A DNA stretch of 64,000 nt from an uncultured Clostridia bacterium (GCA_944380765.1 CALWIO010000003.1:1701-65700), one strand, 5' to 3'; counted from the stretch's first letter, positions 9,406-18,190 are shown. Notes: generated from the letters alone by a model not told the origin. Numbers and translations are program-made.

Positions 9406-9519
9406 ATTTTTCGCCTCCGTAAATACCTCAAAAAACAAAAAATGTCCCGTATTATACAGGACAAAAGAGAGTTGTTTTTATTTGTTCACAAAATGTTTAC
9501 AAACAGACGCATAAAGTTA

Positions 9520-9547
9520 TTGACTTTATTATTTTGACGGATATAAT
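9520..9547 (+). promoter_or_regulatory. Promoter of the marR-ABC operon
   Basis: TTGACT (9520-9525), 16-nt spacer, TATAAT (9542-9547). Confidence 0.6.
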
Positions 9548-9550
9548 ATT

Positions 9551-9581
9551 AGTTAGTCGGTTGATAATAAACCGCTTAACT
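9551..9581. promoter_or_regulatory. Candidate MarR operator (imperfect inverted repeat)
   Basis: AGTTAGTCGGTT-N7-AACCGCTTAACT with 10 of 12 arm positions complementary. Lies between the -10 box and the marR start. Confidence 0.5.
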
Positions 9582-9601
9582 TTTTTTGCGGAGGTGACAA
9601 A

Positions 9602-10060
9602 ATGGATATTGATGAAATCCGTGAGAATTTTCATTCTTTTAACGCCGCTCGCCGCAGTATAATAGATAATGCCTTCCGCGACAACGGCATATATTTCGGT
9701 CAGCCGCCGATACTCGAATATTTAAGCCGCAATCCCGACGCCACGCAGAAGGAAATTGCGGATTTTCTTGACATTTCCGCGTCGTCCATGGCGGTTTCCG
9801 TAAAAAGAATGGAAAAGGCCGGCCTTTTAATGCGGGTCAGCGACAAAAACGACCTGCGCCGGAACAACCTTAAACTGACGCAGAAAGGAACCGAGCTTTT
9901 AGACTTCGCTCACGGAACCTTTGACAGGATTGACGAGGTTACCTTCCGCGGCTTTACTCCGGAAGAACTCGTTATGCTTAAAAGTTTTCTTTCAAGAATG
10001 AAAGAAAATCTTGCGTGCCTTACGCAGGCAAAAACCGAAAAGGAGGAAAACAATGCTTAA
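9602..10060 (+). CDS. MarR family transcriptional regulator
   Basis: 152 aa. Winged-helix segment QKEIADFLDISASSMAVSVKRMEKAGLL...D.R; GGAGGTG RBS. Confidence 0.85.
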   Translation: MDIDEIRENFHSFNAARRSIIDNAFRDNGIYFGQPPILEYLSRNPDATQKEIADFLDISASSMAVSVKRMEKAGLLMRVSDKNDLRRNNLKLTQKGTELLDFAHGTFDRIDEVTFRGFTPEELVMLKSFLSRMKENLACLTQAKTEKEENNA

Positions 10061-11798
10061 ACTACTCAAATACGCAAAAAAATATGCGCTCTGTGCGTTT
10101 ATGTGCCCGCTTCTGATGGTCGGCGAGGTTGTGCTTGAACTGCTCATTCCCTTGGTCACCGCCGACATTGTTGACGAGGCGCTTCCCGCGGGAGATATGC
10201 AGATGGTGCTGCACCTCGGCGGAAAAATGCTTTTATACGCCCTGGGCTCGCTGTTCTGCGGAGCGCTGGCGGCAAGGCTCGCTTCGGTTGCAGGCATGGG
10301 CTTCGGCAGCACGGTGAGAGGTGAAATGCTTGAAAATATCCAGAAATTCTCGTTTTCAAACATCGACCGTTTCAGCACCGCTTCGCTTATAACGAGGCTT
10401 ACTACCGATGTCACTACCGTACAGAACACCTTTTTGATGCTCATAAGAATGCTTTTCCGCGCGCCTCTTATGTTCGTGGTAGCGCTTGTGATATGCGTAA
10501 TGAAAAGCCGTGAGGTTTCCTCGGTGTTCTTCGTTTCGCTGCCGCTTATTATGATTTTTCTCGCCATAGGAGCGCCCATAGCGCTGAGGCGTTTCAAGAA
10601 GATGATGAAGATGTTCGACGGATTCAACGCCTCAATACAGGAAAACTTTATGAATATCAGAGTTGTCAAGGCTTTTGTCCGCTCGGAGTACGAAAAGAAA
10701 AAATTCAAAAAGAGCAACGACGACCTTTACAACGCCTCAATCAACGCCGAAAAAATCATGATTTGGGGACAGCCGCTGATGATGCTCATTATGTACGGCA
10801 CAATTTTGGGCGTGCTTTACCTTTCGGCAAAGGCTATATCCGCCGAAACGCTGCAAATAGGCGATTTCGCGGCAATATTCACCTATATTATGCAGATACT
10901 TATGAGCTTCCTTATGGTAATACTGCTTGTGGCGCAGTTCTTTATGTCCGAAGCGAGCGCAAGGCGTATTCTTGAAGTTATCAAGGAAAAGCCCGATATT
11001 ACGGACAGCGACTCCTCCGTTACCGAAGTAAAGGACGGCTCGGTTGAATTTAAAAATGTTTCGTTCAAATACGGAGAGGCGCCCGAATACGCCCTTAAAA
11101 ATATCAACTTTAAGATTGAAAGCGGAGAGATGGTCGGCATTATAGGCGCAACGGGCAGCTCAAAATCCACCCTTGTTCAGCTTATCCCCCGTCTTTACGA
11201 TGTAAGCGAGGGCGAGATACTCGTAGGCGGCGTAAATGTCAAGGACTACAAAATGCACTCCCTGCGCGACAATGTAAGCATGGTGCTGCAAAAGAATGTT
11301 CTGTTCTCGGGCACAATCGCAGAAAACCTGCGCTGGGGCAACAAGAACGCCACCGACGAGGAGCTTGTAAAGGCGTGTGAAATCGCCGACGCGCGCTCCT
11401 TTGTAGAGTCCTTCCCCGACTCCTACAACACCGACCTGGGTCAGGGGGGCGTAAATGTTTCGGGCGGTCAGAAGCAGCGCCTGTGCATAGCGAGAGCTAT
11501 ACTTAAAAAGCCGAAAATCCTTATTCTCGACGATTCCACCAGCGCGGTTGATACCTTTACAGACGCGAAAATCCGCGCGGGATTCAGAAACGAGATTCCC
11601 GACATTACAAAAATCATTATCGCCCAGAGAATTTCCTCGGTTGAGGACTGCGACAAGATTATAATTATCGACAACGGCGAAATTAACGATATAGGCACCC
11701 ACGACGAACTGCTTGAACGCAACGAAATTTACCGTGATATTTACGATTCCCAGCAAAAGGGAAACGATGATTTTGATTTGGAAGGAGGCGACCGCTGA
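10053..11798 (+). CDS. ABC transporter ATP-binding/permease protein (exporter half, subunit 1)
   Basis: ATG 10053 after AGGAGG. N-terminal 6-TM domain, Walker A GATGSSKST, signature VSGGQKQR, Walker B ILILDD. Confidence 0.9.
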   Translation: MLKLLKYAKKYALCAFMCPLLMVGEVVLELLIPLVTADIVDEALPAGDMQMVLHLGGKMLLYALGSLFCGALAARLASVAGMGFGSTVRGEMLENIQKFSFSNIDRFSTASLITRLTTDVTTVQNTFLMLIRMLFRAPLMFVVALVICVMKSREVSSVFFVSLPLIMIFLAIGAPIALRRFKKMMKMFDGFNASIQENFMNIRVVKAFVRSEYEKKKFKKSNDDLYNASINAEKIMIWGQPLMMLIMYGTILGVLYLSAKAISAETLQIGDFAAIFTYIMQILMSFLMVILLVAQFFMSEASARRILEVIKEKPDITDSDSSVTEVKDGSVEFKNVSFKYGEAPEYALKNINFKIESGEMVGIIGATGSSKSTLVQLIPRLYDVSEGEILVGGVNVKDYKMHSLRDNVSMVLQKNVLFSGTIAENLRWGNKNATDEELVKACEIADARSFVESFPDSYNTDLGQGGVNVSGGQKQRLCIARAILKKPKILILDDSTSAVDTFTDAKIRAGFRNEIPDITKIIIAQRISSVEDCDKIIIIDNGEINDIGTHDELLERNEIYRDIYDSQQKGNDDFDLEGGDR

Positions 11799-13690
11799 TG
11801 CCGGGACCGCGTTCACACGCTCCTATACAGAAGCCTAAAAACACCAAGGGCACCGCTCTGCGTCTTTTAAAATATGTAGGCAGGCAGAAGGCTTTGCTCA
11901 TAGGAATGATTGTTTTTGCCCTTGTAAGCTCGGCGGCGACCGTTTCCGCCTCAATATTCATAAAGCCGATTATAGACGATTACCTTACGCCCATGATAGG
12001 CAAGGAATTTACCGCGGAACTGGCTCTTCCCCTTATTAAGATGATTCTCACCATGGGAGCGGTATTCCTTCTGGGAGTAATAGCCTCCTACGGTCAGTCA
12101 AAATGTTCGGTTTATCTTACTCAGAAAACCTTAAACAGCATAAGAAAAGACCTGTTCGACAGGGTTTCCGACCTGCCGCTGAGCTTTTTCGACTCGCGCC
12201 CCAACGGCGAGATTATGAGCCGCTTTACAAACGATGTTGAAAGCCTGAGAATGTTTTTAAGCCAGGGACTCACTCAGTTTGTATCGTCGGGGATAATGCT
12301 CATAGGCTCTTTTGTAATTATGCTGTATCTTAGCTGGCACCTTACCATTCTCGTTGTCCTTATGATGTTCGTTATGCTGTTCATCACCAAGGTACTCGGC
12401 AAGCGAAGCGCCTTTTTCTTCAAAAGGCAGCAGAAGGAGCTGGGCGAAGTAAACGGATATATCGAGGAAATCATAGAAGGTCAGAAAGTCGTAAAGGTCT
12501 TTAACCACGAAGAGGAAGTTGCGGCGCATTTCGGCGAGATTAACGAAAATCTCCGCAGAGCCTCCACAAGCGCCAACACCTTCGCGAGTATGTTAGGCCC
12601 CATAATGAACAATCTCTCACACATCAACTACGCTCTTACGGCGGCGTGCGGAGGACTTCTCGCAGTAAACGGAATAATGAGCCTCGGCGACATCATCACA
12701 TTTTTGCAGTACACCAAGAACTTTTCGCAGCCCATCTCCAACCTTTCTCAGCAGTTCAACAACGCTGTTTCGGCTATTGCCGGCGCGGAGAGAATTTTTG
12801 AGCTTATCGACCAGCAGCCCGAAACCGACAACGGCTATGTAATGCTTGTCAACGCGGAACACGGCGAAAACGGCGAGCTTAAAGAGGCGGCAGGCCATAC
12901 CGGTCTCTGGGCGTGGAAGCACGCGCACGGCGACGGCACCGTTACTTACCGCAAGCTGGAAGGCAAGGTTGAGTTTGAGCATGTAACATTCAGCTATGAC
13001 GGCAAAAAGACCGTTCTGCACGATATTTCGCTTTACGCGAAGCCCGGTCAGAAAATCGCCTTTGTAGGCTCAACGGGAGCCGGCAAAACTACGATTACCA
13101 ACCTTATCAACCGCTTCTACGAGATAGACGACGGCAAGATAAGATATGACGGCATAAATATCCAGAAAATCAAAAAGGACGATTTGCGGCGCTCGCTGGG
13201 AATGGTTTTGCAGGATACTCACCTGTTTACCGGCACCATTGAGGACAATATCCGATACGGCAACCTTGACGCCACCCATGAAGATGTAGTAAATGCGGCA
13301 AAGCTCGCCAACGCTCACTCCTTTATCTCCAAGCTGCCCGACGGCTACAACACAATGCTTACGGGCGACGGCTCCAATTTAAGCCAGGGGCAGCGCCAGC
13401 TTATCTCCATAGCCCGCGCGGCTGTGGCGGACCCGCCCGTGCTTATTCTTGACGAGGCGACAAGCTCCATAGACACCCGCACCGAAAAGCTCATTGAACA
13501 GGGCATGGATAAGCTCATGGCGGGCAGAACGGTATTCGTAATCGCCCACAGGCTCTCGACGGTACGCAACGCCAACGCCATTATGGTGCTTGAACACGGC
13601 AGCATAATCGAGCGCGGCGACCACGACGACCTGTTAAGCCAGAAGGGCAAATACTACCAGCTCTACACCGGTCAGTTCGAGCTGTCATAA
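11798..13690 (+). CDS. ABC transporter ATP-binding/permease protein (exporter half, subunit 2)
   Basis: 630 aa with Walker A GSTGAGKTT, signature LSQGQRQL, Walker B LILDEATS. Start overlaps the upstream stop (TGATG). Confidence 0.9.
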   Translation: MPGPRSHAPIQKPKNTKGTALRLLKYVGRQKALLIGMIVFALVSSAATVSASIFIKPIIDDYLTPMIGKEFTAELALPLIKMILTMGAVFLLGVIASYGQSKCSVYLTQKTLNSIRKDLFDRVSDLPLSFFDSRPNGEIMSRFTNDVESLRMFLSQGLTQFVSSGIMLIGSFVIMLYLSWHLTILVVLMMFVMLFITKVLGKRSAFFFKRQQKELGEVNGYIEEIIEGQKVVKVFNHEEEVAAHFGEINENLRRASTSANTFASMLGPIMNNLSHINYALTAACGGLLAVNGIMSLGDIITFLQYTKNFSQPISNLSQQFNNAVSAIAGAERIFELIDQQPETDNGYVMLVNAEHGENGELKEAAGHTGLWAWKHAHGDGTVTYRKLEGKVEFEHVTFSYDGKKTVLHDISLYAKPGQKIAFVGSTGAGKTTITNLINRFYEIDDGKIRYDGINIQKIKKDDLRRSLGMVLQDTHLFTGTIEDNIRYGNLDATHEDVVNAAKLANAHSFISKLPDGYNTMLTGDGSNLSQGQRQLISIARAAVADPPVLILDEATSSIDTRTEKLIEQGMDKLMAGRTVFVIAHRLSTVRNANAIMVLEHGSIIERGDHDDLLSQKGKYYQLYTGQFELS

Positions 13691-13715
13691 AACAAAAAGC
13701 ACAAACCCAACAAAC

Positions 13716-13747
13716 AGCCGCGCGCCAGTTATAACTGACGCGCGGCT
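13716..13747. terminator. Stem-loop between convergent genes (probable terminator)
   Basis: 9-bp GC stem AGCCGCGCG/CGCGCGGCT. There is a U-rich tract only on the minus-strand side. Confidence 0.45.
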
Positions 13748-13768
13748 ATTCCTTTAACTCTGCAATTA

Positions 13769-14278
13769 TTACGGCGTTTCGTCCTTTTCGCACAGCGAGC
13801 AGACATAGTCCCCGGCTATTTCGGTTTTAAAGCTGTAACCGTCAAGCGAAAAGCTGTCAAACCCCGCAAAAATTTCGGCAAGTCCCCTGCCGCTGATTTT
13901 GGAGTAAGCCTCTTTTCTTGTCCAGACGCACAAAAACGCCTTTTCCGTTCCCCGGTGTGAAAAAAACTCCTTTTCCGCTCCTTTAAAAAATCTTTCGGCG
14001 AGTTTTTTAAAATCCCTTTTTACCCCTGTTTTTTCAATGTCAATCCCCACCGGGCGCAGGCTCATCGCCACCGCCACCGTGCCGCCGGAATGGGATACGC
14101 TGACAAAGCAGTTGTCGGCTTCGGGCTTGTTGTTTTCGCCGTATCTTAAATTTTCAGCCCCCATCTGCGCAAGCGCCGCGGCTGCCGCAAGGCTCTCCTT
14201 TTTGCGGCCTTCGCAAACGGCGGGTTCGCTGTCTAAAACGGTATAATTTTCCGCCTTGAAAATTCTTATTTCCGCCAT
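13769..14278 (-). CDS. 4'-phosphopantetheinyl transferase (Sfp-type) family protein
   Basis: 169 aa with VGIDIEK and W.RKEA.SK motifs typical of PPTases. Confidence 0.75.
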   Translation of the reverse strand: MAEIRIFKAENYTVLDSEPAVCEGRKKESLAAAAALAQMGAENLRYGENNKPEADNCFVSVSHSGGTVAVAMSLRPVGIDIEKTGVKRDFKKLAERFFKGAEKEFFSHRGTEKAFLCVWTRKEAYSKISGRGLAEIFAGFDSFSLDGYSFKTEIAGDYVCSLCEKDETP

Positions 14279-14442
14279 ATTATCCTCCGCCGTTTTTTAT
14301 GTATTTTAACACAAATTCCGATTTCTCACAAGACGGCTATTGAAAAGAGAAAAAATAGGATTATAATAAAAATATAAATTTTTAAAAATTTGTGCAATAA
14401 AAAGCGGTTCTTATTGATTAACTGTATGAAAGAGGTGAAAAA

Positions 14443-15024
14443 ATGCTTCTCCTTTACACCGTAGAGCAGAGCGCAAAGAAAGCGGCTCCCGACCGTGACC
14501 GGCTTGACCGCTGCATACATGGAATAGCCGAAAATGACAGGGCGGCTTTCGAGGAATTTTACAACCTCACCCGCGCCTCGGTTTACGGTTACACTCTTTC
14601 GGTTTTAAAAAACACCCACGACGCACAGGACGCCATGCACGACTGCTATTTAAGCGTTTACAAGGGCGCCGCGGGGTACAAATCAAGCGGAAAGCCTATG
14701 GCATGGGTTATAACCATAGCCAAAAATCACTGTCTTAAACGGCTTAACAGCCAAAAGGCGGAAAGTATAGGCACCGAAACGGCGGAAAATATTTTCGCCG
14801 ACTCTCCGGAGCTCGACGATGAGGACCGTATGGTAATTTCAAAATGCCTTACGGCTCTCTCCGACGAAGAAAGGCAGATTGTTGTTCTGCACGCGGTAGC
14901 CGGCTTTAAACACCGTGAAATAGCAGAACAGCTGAGCCTTCCGGTTTCAACCGTGCTGTCAAAGTACAGCCGGGCGCTAAATAGGCTTAAAGCCGAATTT
15001 TTAAAGGAGAATCACGCATTATGA
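14443..15024 (+). CDS. RNA polymerase ECF-type sigma-70 family factor
   Basis: 193 aa. Region 2 (DAQDAMHDCYLSVYK) and region 4 HTH (HREIAEQLSLPVSTVLSKYSRALNRLK). Confidence 0.85.
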   Translation: MLLLYTVEQSAKKAAPDRDRLDRCIHGIAENDRAAFEEFYNLTRASVYGYTLSVLKNTHDAQDAMHDCYLSVYKGAAGYKSSGKPMAWVITIAKNHCLKRLNSQKAESIGTETAENIFADSPELDDEDRMVISKCLTALSDEERQIVVLHAVAGFKHREIAEQLSLPVSTVLSKYSRALNRLKAEFLKENHAL

Positions 15025-16403
15025 AAAACAGTGAAATCAAGCATAAGGTAAACAAGGCTTTTTCAAATGCCGCGCCCGATATTTTTGACGCCGTACTTCG
15101 CGACTGCGATACGGGGAAAGGAACAGTGATTGATATGAAAAAGAACCGCAAATCCTTAATAATTAAACTTGTCGCGTCAGCCGCGGCGGTTGTTTTGCTG
15201 GCGGCGGCGGCACTGACGGGAATTTACTCCTATCTGCGCACGCCCGTTTCCACGGTTTCGCTCGATGTGAACCCGGGAATTGAGCTGTCCTTAAACAAAA
15301 GCGACCGGGTGCTTTCGGTAACCGCGCTCAACAGCGACGGCGCCGCAATACTCGGCGATATGGACCTTGCCGGCACCGACCTTGAAACGGCTGTAAACGC
15401 GCTTATAGGCTCCATGCTTAAAAACGGCTATTTGAGCGATATTTCAAACTCTATTTTAATAAGCGTTGACGGCGACAACGCCCAGAAAAACGCTCAGATT
15501 CAAAAACAGCTTTCAGTCGTTATAAATTCTCTTCTGCAAAACAACGAGGTTGAGGGCGCTGTGCTCACCCAGAGCGTGACCACAGACGCCAATATTCAGG
15601 CGCTCGCCGAAAAATACGGAATTTCCGAGGGCAAGGCGCAGTTTGTGTATGAGATTGTTAACGCCAATCCGAGGTACACCGTTGACGAGCTTGCGGCACT
15701 GAGCGTAAACGAGCTCAACCTTATCTCCCAGTCCTCGCAGACCTCTTTAAACAATGTGACCTCGGCGGGCACCGCCAGCGAAAAAGCTTATGTGGGCGTT
15801 GAAGCCGCCAAAAGTACCGCCCTTTCTTACGCGGGAGTCAGCGAAGCTTCCGTGCGCGAGCTTGATGTGGAGCTTGAATACGAAAACGGCGTGATGGTTT
15901 ACGATGTGGAATTCAAAGCCGGAGCCGTTGAATACGATTTCAATATAAACGCCTCGACCGGCGAGATTATCGACTACAAGCGCGAGCATGACGACGACTA
16001 TTCCGGCAACGGAAACGGCGGCTCGCAGAACAACACTTCTTCGCAGAACGGCACTTCTTCTTCGCAGAACAACACTTCTTCGCAGAACGGCAGCGGCAAC
16101 GCCTACGGTCAGAACGGCGGCTCTTCGGGCAGCCAGACGCAGAACGGCGACGGCTCCTGCTATTACAGCGACGATATTATTCCCGAAGGCAACTATATCG
16201 CGGCGAAAACTGCCAAACAGACCGCCATTGACCACGCGGGAGTTCCCGGAGCCGACATACGCGAATACAAATGCGTGCTTGAAAACGACGACGGCGTAAT
16301 TCTCTATGAAATTGAGTTTAAGTACAACAACTACGAGTACGAATATGAAATAAACGCGACAGACGGAACTATAATTGATAGTTCCAGGGAATGGGACAAC
16401 TGA
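15021..16403 (+). CDS. Putative anti-sigma factor, single-pass membrane protein with two PepSY-like C-terminal domains
   Basis: Overlaps the sigma gene stop by 4 nt. One TM (LIIKLVASAAAVVLLAAAAL) and two PepSY-like repeats (..GV.YDVEF..G..EYDF.INA.TGEIIDY / ..ILYEIEF...YEYEYEINATDGTIID). Confidence 0.7.
   Translation: MKNSEIKHKVNKAFSNAAPDIFDAVLRDCDTGKGTVIDMKKNRKSLIIKLVASAAAVVLLAAAALTGIYSYLRTPVSTVSLDVNPGIELSLNKSDRVLSVTALNSDGAAILGDMDLAGTDLETAVNALIGSMLKNGYLSDISNSILISVDGDNAQKNAQIQKQLSVVINSLLQNNEVEGAVLTQSVTTDANIQALAEKYGISEGKAQFVYEIVNANPRYTVDELAALSVNELNLISQSSQTSLNNVTSAGTASEKAYVGVEAAKSTALSYAGVSEASVRELDVELEYENGVMVYDVEFKAGAVEYDFNINASTGEIIDYKREHDDDYSGNGNGGSQNNTSSQNGTSSSQNNTSSQNGSGNAYGQNGGSSGSQTQNGDGSCYYSDDIIPEGNYIAAKTAKQTAIDHAGVPGADIREYKCVLENDDGVILYEIEFKYNNYEYEYEINATDGTIIDSSREWDN
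16023..16097 (+). repeat. In-frame tandem repeat (18/21-nt units x4) encoding an SQN[NG]TS low-complexity linker
   Basis: Units tcgcagaacaacacttct / tcgcagaacggcacttcttct / tcgcagaacaacacttct / tcgcagaacggc... read directly. Confidence 0.8.
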
Positions 16404-16420
16404 ACAGCGGCTTACAGCAG

Positions 16421-16449
16421 AAAACCGGCGGAAATTCCGCCGGTTTTTT
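16421..16449. terminator. Bidirectional terminator between anti-sigma gene and M23 peptidase gene
   Basis: Stem ACCGGCGGAA/TTCCGCCGGT flanked by an A-run and a T-run. Confidence 0.8.
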
Positions 16450-17122
16450 ATCCGAGTTTTACATTTTTGCCCGCGTAATCGGCAGGCGAAACCGCTGTGC
16501 CGTTTTTGTAAATTTCCAAGTGCAGATGCGCTCCGTCCGCTTTTTCAATGGGAATTTCACCGAGAGTGCCTATTTTGTCGTTAATTTTTACTTCTGTTCC
16601 GGGTTCGGGTGCGCTCCCCTTTTGAAGTCCCCGGTACTCGGCGATTATTCCCGATGTGTGGTCAACCGTTACCACCGTACCCCAAAGGGCATCCTCGGTA
16701 ACCTCGGTTACCGTGCCGTTGTATATCGCCTTTACGGGGTCGCCCTCAACGCCCTTGTAATCGGCTCCCGTGTGCGTGCGCCAGTCGCCGGTTGTGGCGT
16801 TTTTGACCAGCTCGCCCTTTGAAAATTCCTTTATTATGCCGTTTTCCAAAGGCAGAGCGAAATAGGCTGTTTTCTGCGCCGCGGCCTGCTCGACCTCTTC
16901 GCTGTCATATAGGGCGGCAGTGGATTCCTCGCTCGGCTCCTCGGTTTGAGGCTCGGTTGTTGAAATTTGCGAAACGCTTTCGCTCTCTTCGGGCGTTTCT
17001 ACGGGAGCGTTGTTGTTCCTGTTAGACATCCAGAAAGCAAAAAGCGCCGTTACGCAAAGAGCCAGCGCCGCCGCCGAGTAAATTCCTTTTTTGAGCGCTT
17101 CTCTGTTTATTCTTTTTTTCAA
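16448..17122 (-). CDS. M23 family metallopeptidase (membrane-anchored)
   Basis: Likely start is TTG 17122, 7 nt after GGAGGTG. N-terminal TM and M23 motifs (HTGADY..., GAHLHLEI). The upstream in-frame extension to 17239 lacks an RBS. Confidence 0.8.
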   Translation of the reverse strand: MKKRINREALKKGIYSAAALALCVTALFAFWMSNRNNNAPVETPEESESVSQISTTEPQTEEPSEESTAALYDSEEVEQAAAQKTAYFALPLENGIIKEFSKGELVKNATTGDWRTHTGADYKGVEGDPVKAIYNGTVTEVTEDALWGTVVTVDHTSGIIAEYRGLQKGSAPEPGTEVKINDKIGTLGEIPIEKADGAHLHLEIYKNGTAVSPADYAGKNVKLG

Positions 17123-17304
17123 GATTATGCACCTCCGTATATATTTTGTACGAAGGCGCGGCTGTTTATACTGTTTTTTGCGCTTGCCGGGAGTAAAGCT
17201 CAACTCTGTTGTAAGAGCGCCGGAATTATTCTCCGCCACATTTTAATTTATGATTTTTCAATCCTCTTTAATTTTCGCTGACGCTTCTTTTAAATATCCG
17301 TAAA

Positions 17305-17413
17305 AAGGAAAAAACGGACGGTTGCGGAGCCGTCCGTTTTTCCGGCTGATTCTCATCAGCCTGAGGGGTTGTTTGAGGATGGGGTATGTTACTCTTCGGT
17401 TTCCCTCCGAGTA
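17305..17413 (-). promoter_or_regulatory. Structured 5' leader with intrinsic terminator upstream of the M23 peptidase gene (candidate riboswitch/attenuator or small RNA)
   Basis: On the minus strand: GNRA hairpin GGCUGAU-GAGA-AUCAGCC, then terminator ACGGACGG-N8-CCGUCCGU-U6, about 180 nt before the start codon. Confidence 0.5.
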
Positions 17414-17420
17414 CACCTAA

Positions 17421-17448
17421 ATAATAACCCGTAATTATGAAAAATCAA
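17421..17448 (-). promoter_or_regulatory. Candidate promoter driving the M23 leader
   Basis: Minus strand TTGATT (17448-17443), 16-nt spacer, TATTAT (17426-17421). Confidence 0.45.
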
Positions 17449-17507
17449 TGAATAAATCTTTAAAAAAAATAAAATCTTTTGAAAATTTAAAATTTTTGCG
17501 GATTTTG

Positions 17508-17523
17508 GCAAACAAATGTTTGC
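17508..17523. promoter_or_regulatory. Candidate LexA (SOS) box upstream of lexA
   Basis: Perfect 16-bp palindrome GCAAACAAATGTTTGC. It resembles the Firmicutes CGAAC-N4-GTTCG box with AAAC/GTTT arms and overlaps the putative -35 of lexA. Confidence 0.6.
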
Positions 17524-17548
17524 TTTTTTGGAAATTATGTGTTAGAAT
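17520..17548 (+). promoter_or_regulatory. lexA promoter with extended -10
   Basis: TTGCTT (17520-17525), 17-nt spacer containing TGt, TAGAAT (17543-17548). Confidence 0.5.
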
Positions 17549-17599
17549 AAAGTCAATAAATATATAAATTTTATTTTTCCGTTTTTCAGGAGGTCTTTT

Positions 17600-18190
17600 A
17601 TGAACCCCATCAACGATACTCAGAGAAAAATATATGAATTCCTCTGCGAGCGCTCTCAGTGCGGAGTTCCCCCTTCGGTGCGTGAAATCGGCTCGGCGGT
17701 CGGGCTTCGCTCCACCTCGTCCGTGCAGGCTAACCTTGACGCGCTGGAAGAGGCGGGCTACATTGAGCGCGACCCCATGCTCAAAAGATCAATACGGGTT
17801 CTCGGTCAGGCGGAAAATGTAACCAGCGTACCCCTTTTGGGTACCGTCACCGCCGGCCTTCCGATTCTCGCGGTTGAGCAGATTGAGGGCTACATAGCCT
17901 ACAACGGCCGCGTTTCCCGCGACAAGTCGCTTTTCGCGCTCCGCGTAAAGGGCGAAAGTATGCTGTGGGCGGGTATTCTTGACGGCGACATTGTTGTTGT
18001 CGAAAAAACGCCCGTCGCCGCGAACGGTGAAATTGTTGTCGCTATGATTGACGATGAAGCCACCGTAAAAAGATTTTACAAGGAAAACGGGCATTTCCGG
18101 CTGCAACCCGAAAATGACGCCTTTGAGCCGATTATTACGGACGAGGTAATTATTCTCGGCAAGGTTATAGCCCTTTACCGTTATTATTGA
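17600..18190 (+). CDS. lexA: LexA repressor
   Basis: 196 aa. N-terminal winged helix, an Ala-Gly cleavage site (VTAGLP), S24 peptidase Ser (GESM) and Lys (VKR). Confidence 0.95.
   Translation: MNPINDTQRKIYEFLCERSQCGVPPSVREIGSAVGLRSTSSVQANLDALEEAGYIERDPMLKRSIRVLGQAENVTSVPLLGTVTAGLPILAVEQIEGYIAYNGRVSRDKSLFALRVKGESMLWAGILDGDIVVVEKTPVAANGEIVVAMIDDEATVKRFYKENGHFRLQPENDAFEPIITDEVIILGKVIALYRYY

Noticed and set aside
17341-17362. CUGAUGA within GGCUGAUGAGAAUCAGCC (minus strand), reminiscent of the hammerhead ribozyme core.
   Set aside because: The heptamer is simply part of a 7-bp hairpin with a GAGA loop. No stem II hairpin, GAAA junction or cleavage-site helix could be arranged around it.
17305-17413. 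c-di-AMP (ydaO) riboswitch upstream of the M23 peptidase.
   Set aside because: The conserved ydaO blocks as I remember them (GGGGACCCA, GGGGUGAAUC, CCGAA-CCG-CAGCUAACCUCGUAAGC) are not present. The element is therefore reported only as an unclassified leader.
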